From: Felis catus
Lineage: Eukaryota
Length of the DNA stretch: 64,000 nucleotides
Reading direction: 5' to 3'
Assembly (NCBI RefSeq): GCF_018350175.1
Contig: NC_058378.1
Span: forward strand, 24,180,001 to 24,244,000
The notes beneath the pieces were generated by a model. That model was given only the letters and a program-made list of their open reading frames with translations. It ran no database searches and was not told the origin of the DNA. The translations under genes and the position numbers were made by a program. Below, in pieces: positions 61,262 to 64,000 of the stretch (position 1 is the stretch's first letter; every line of letters begins with the position of its first letter).

Positions 61262-61651
61262 TGTCTTAGTCAGCTTGAGCTGCCATAACAAAATACCATA
61301 AACTGAGTAGCTTAAATAACAGAAACTTTTTTCTCACAGTTCTGCAAGCTGGGAAGTCCAACATGAAGGTGCCAGCAAGGTGGGCTTCATTCTGAAGTCT
61401 CTTCTCTTGCCTTGTAGGCTGCTGCCATTTCTCCATGTGTTCAAGTAACTCCTCCTTATGTGCTCATGGGGAAAAAGGAGGAGCAATCTCTCTGATCTTT
61501 TCTTGTATTTCATCATGTGGGCCCACCCTCATGACCTCATCTAAACTTAATTACCTCCCAAAGACCCCATCTCTAAATCTGATCACATTAAGGATCAGGG
61601 CTTCAACATATGATTTGGAGTTGGGGGTGGGGGCACATTTCAGTCCAGCAA
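61262..61651 (-). mobile_element. MLT1A-like MaLR solo LTR
   Basis: tgtcttagtcagcttgagctgccataacaaaataccataaactg...ctcatgacctcatctaaacttaattacctcccaaagacccc...cagggcttcaacatatgattt. Confidence 0.88.
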
Positions 61652-63309
61652 TTCATGTTTGGTATATAGAGTAATGGATGTTACCCTGACTCAAATCCTC
61701 AGTTCACTCCAACCTTGCTTCCTGGGCGCACCTTGACTTTGACCTATCTAGTGACACTTCACCTATCCTTGGCCAATGTTTTGTTTTGTCCCTGTACTGA
61801 CGTGGCACAGTTGATGTGTTCAGGTTTATCACTGATCCGGCCAGCTAGGTGCTCCTAACCTCCCTGAATGATAAATTTCTTGGATTCCCTACAGCATTTA
61901 GCACAGGGCCCAGCACATATTGAAGACCCAATCACTCTTTTTTGATAGCTCTACCAGCCCTTTACAATTGGGCAGAATATGCAAGCTGCTGAGAAATATC
62001 CTGTCTTAGGTTTAGGATTTTAGTTGCAATGGAACTATTTTGCACAAAAAGTGCTTTTGGTGACATTGAAACATTATTTGTTCAAAGTACAGAACTGATT
62101 ACTCTTAAATCTCTTTCTTCAGTGCTTAATTTTTATTCTTTGTCCTGTGAATAATTGGTGATTAGAATATCTATTTTAGCTATCGAGAGCATTGCATGTG
62201 GCAAATTGTCAGGCTCATTTTAATAACTGTTAGCTTTTTTGACCAATGACTTTAAAATGTTTCATTCTGAGGCCTCAGATGCCTTTTTCCTATCACAAGT
62301 AAACCCTATTAACCCTGTTTCAGTTAAGTTTACTCTGTTCATTTCATTTCATTGTGAATGTTCTTATAGAGGTAATTTATGCAATTTCTAGATTTGTGGA
62401 TTATTATAAGCATGATGGGTATTTTCATAATTGTCACCATAGCTGTTGATTTTGCTGATCACAAGTTATTACTATAGTCGGTATAATGGGTGAAGAAACA
62501 AGCTGAACAAAATTCTGGGTAGGTATTTTTGTCTTCACTTGATTCAAAGGAAGGGAAAGACGGATCAAGGATATTGAGTCTATTGGTGCAAGTCCATTTT
62601 ATGACTATTAACTTCTTGATACAAGCTTATTAGTCAGAATTTGGGTGCTTCCAATGAATATGATTGCATAGTGGTCATAATCAAAAGTAAATCCAATTTT
62701 TGACTATCTAAAAGATTTGATTCACTGAACATTGTTAAGGTCAGGTACTGTCTCAAGTATGATTTGTGTATGATTGGAGTCAATGACTATGTTCGAGTGC
62801 ATATTGAGTTCTAATGGGGAAAAGGAAGAATTCTTGGTTATCAAAAGAAGGGGTGTCCAGACCAATCAGAACAATATGTAATAGGTAGTTCAAGTTGTGA
62901 GCCAAGTTCTTTTAAATTGGTTTTAGACGAGTGAAAATCTATGAAAACAGATGTTCCCATTGCAAGGTTCAACTCTCCTCTTTGTTGCCAGTAAATTTTG
63001 TGAACAGCTTTGTTGCTTTGATACCTCTAATTGAAATGTCCATGTATGCCTTGTTGTATGTCAAGGACGAGACTGAAGAAAGTGATATTTGTCTTTGAAT
63101 CCTTACCACTTACTCGTTCTGTACTTTTTGCACCATTTGGATCTTCTTAATTACTCTTCCCTCCTGATCCAAATCACAACTGCCTTCCTCTTGCTGTAGG
63201 CATCCCTAGGCCTCCTGAGCCCCCTTACCACAGTCTGTGCAGGCCTATCTGATGACTCAATGTCTTCTAGTCTACTCATTTCACTGTGGCTACTCTTGCC
63301 TTAACTAGG

Positions 63310-63540
63310 TATTAGGAAAGCACACACGACAATGAGGTTATTTCACACTAAGGTCTAGACTCATAATTTGAGGGATATTGTCAAACTAGAGCATATTTAA
63401 AAGATAGGAGGGTTAGAATGTTTGACACAATTTCACATCCAGGGACATCTGAAGGCACTAGGACTTGGGGAGGGGGATTTAGTCTGGTGATTTAAAACTG
63501 CAAAAGATGACAAAACTGTCTTCAGATTTGTGAGACTGTA
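63310..63540 (+). mobile_element. L3/CR1 3' fragment
   Basis: gagggatattgtcaaactagagcatattt...ctgaaggcactaggacttggg...caaaactgtcttcagatttgtgag. Confidence 0.55.
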
Positions 63541-63563
63541 TCGTCATCATCATCATCATCATC
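63541..63563. repeat. (TCA)n microsatellite
   Basis: Seen directly. Confidence 0.9.
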
Positions 63564-63864
63564 TTTTATGAAGATCCTTGGCATGCTGAATAATTCATGA
63601 ACATTATCTCCAATCCTCACAGCAAACCTACAAGACTGATATTAATGTCTGGGATAAGGATTAGACTTTAATCTTAAGAGTTAAAAGGCTGCTTAGAGGC
63701 TATCCAGTTTAACATTCATCCCAATGCAAAATACATAAAAACAAATGCCACATGCCATCAAATAATAGGACTGGAACCATGGATGGCAGTTGCAAGGAAG
63801 AGAGTTTTTGGTCAATCTGAAATTAAAATTTCTAACAGAGTTGCTTTAAGGTGGCATGACTTTC

Positions 63865-64000
63865 TTTTTATTTTTTTAATTTAAAATAATTTTTCTAATG
63901 TTTTTATTTTTTGAGAAAGAGACAGAGCATGAGTGGGGAGGGGCAGAGCAAGAGAGAGAGACACAGAATCCCAAGCAGGCTCCAGGCTCTGAGCCATCAG
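63865..64000 (-). mobile_element. Can-SINE, cut by window end
   Basis: T-rich tail, gagacagagcatgagtggggaggggcagag...caagcaggctccaggctctgagcc. Confidence 0.92.

Noticed and set aside
1-64000. CRISPR array, prokaryotic operon, NUMT, tRNA/rRNA genes or an intact retroviral ORF
   Set aside because: No repeat-spacer array, long ORF or recognisable mitochondrial or structural-RNA sequence was seen; tRNA-like boxes occur only within SINE heads.

Overview
Mammalian genomic DNA, almost certainly a felid: it carries about 25 carnivore Can-SINEs (several of the young SINEC_Fc type with intact target-site duplications) and cat-type L1 3' ends. I find no prokaryotic features, no CRISPR array, no rRNA or tRNA gene and no protein-coding gene I can name. 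The listed ORFs are almost all repeat-derived or chance; the exceptions are an L1 ORF2 C-terminal fragment and a fossil hAT transposase fragment. The window reads as intronic or intergenic sequence layered with MIR, L2, L3, old L1, MaLR/ERVL LTRs and DNA-transposon relics. Eight N blocks of 128-160 nt look like length-preserving masks rather than assembly gaps. The signals most worth follow-up are: a dense cluster of perfect and competing inverted repeats at 58.4-58.7 kb; a CpG-retaining, promoter-like segment with outward-facing splice donors at 9.4-9.9 kb; a CpG-rich segment with a consensus CTCF site and a possible terminal exon at 34.3-35.5 kb; and three retroelements stacked at one site inside a hAT transposase fossil at 11.5-12.9 kb. 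Repeat family names come from recall of consensus sequences, not from a database search, and boundaries of old repeats are approximate. I cannot demonstrate a novel biological system from the sequence alone.
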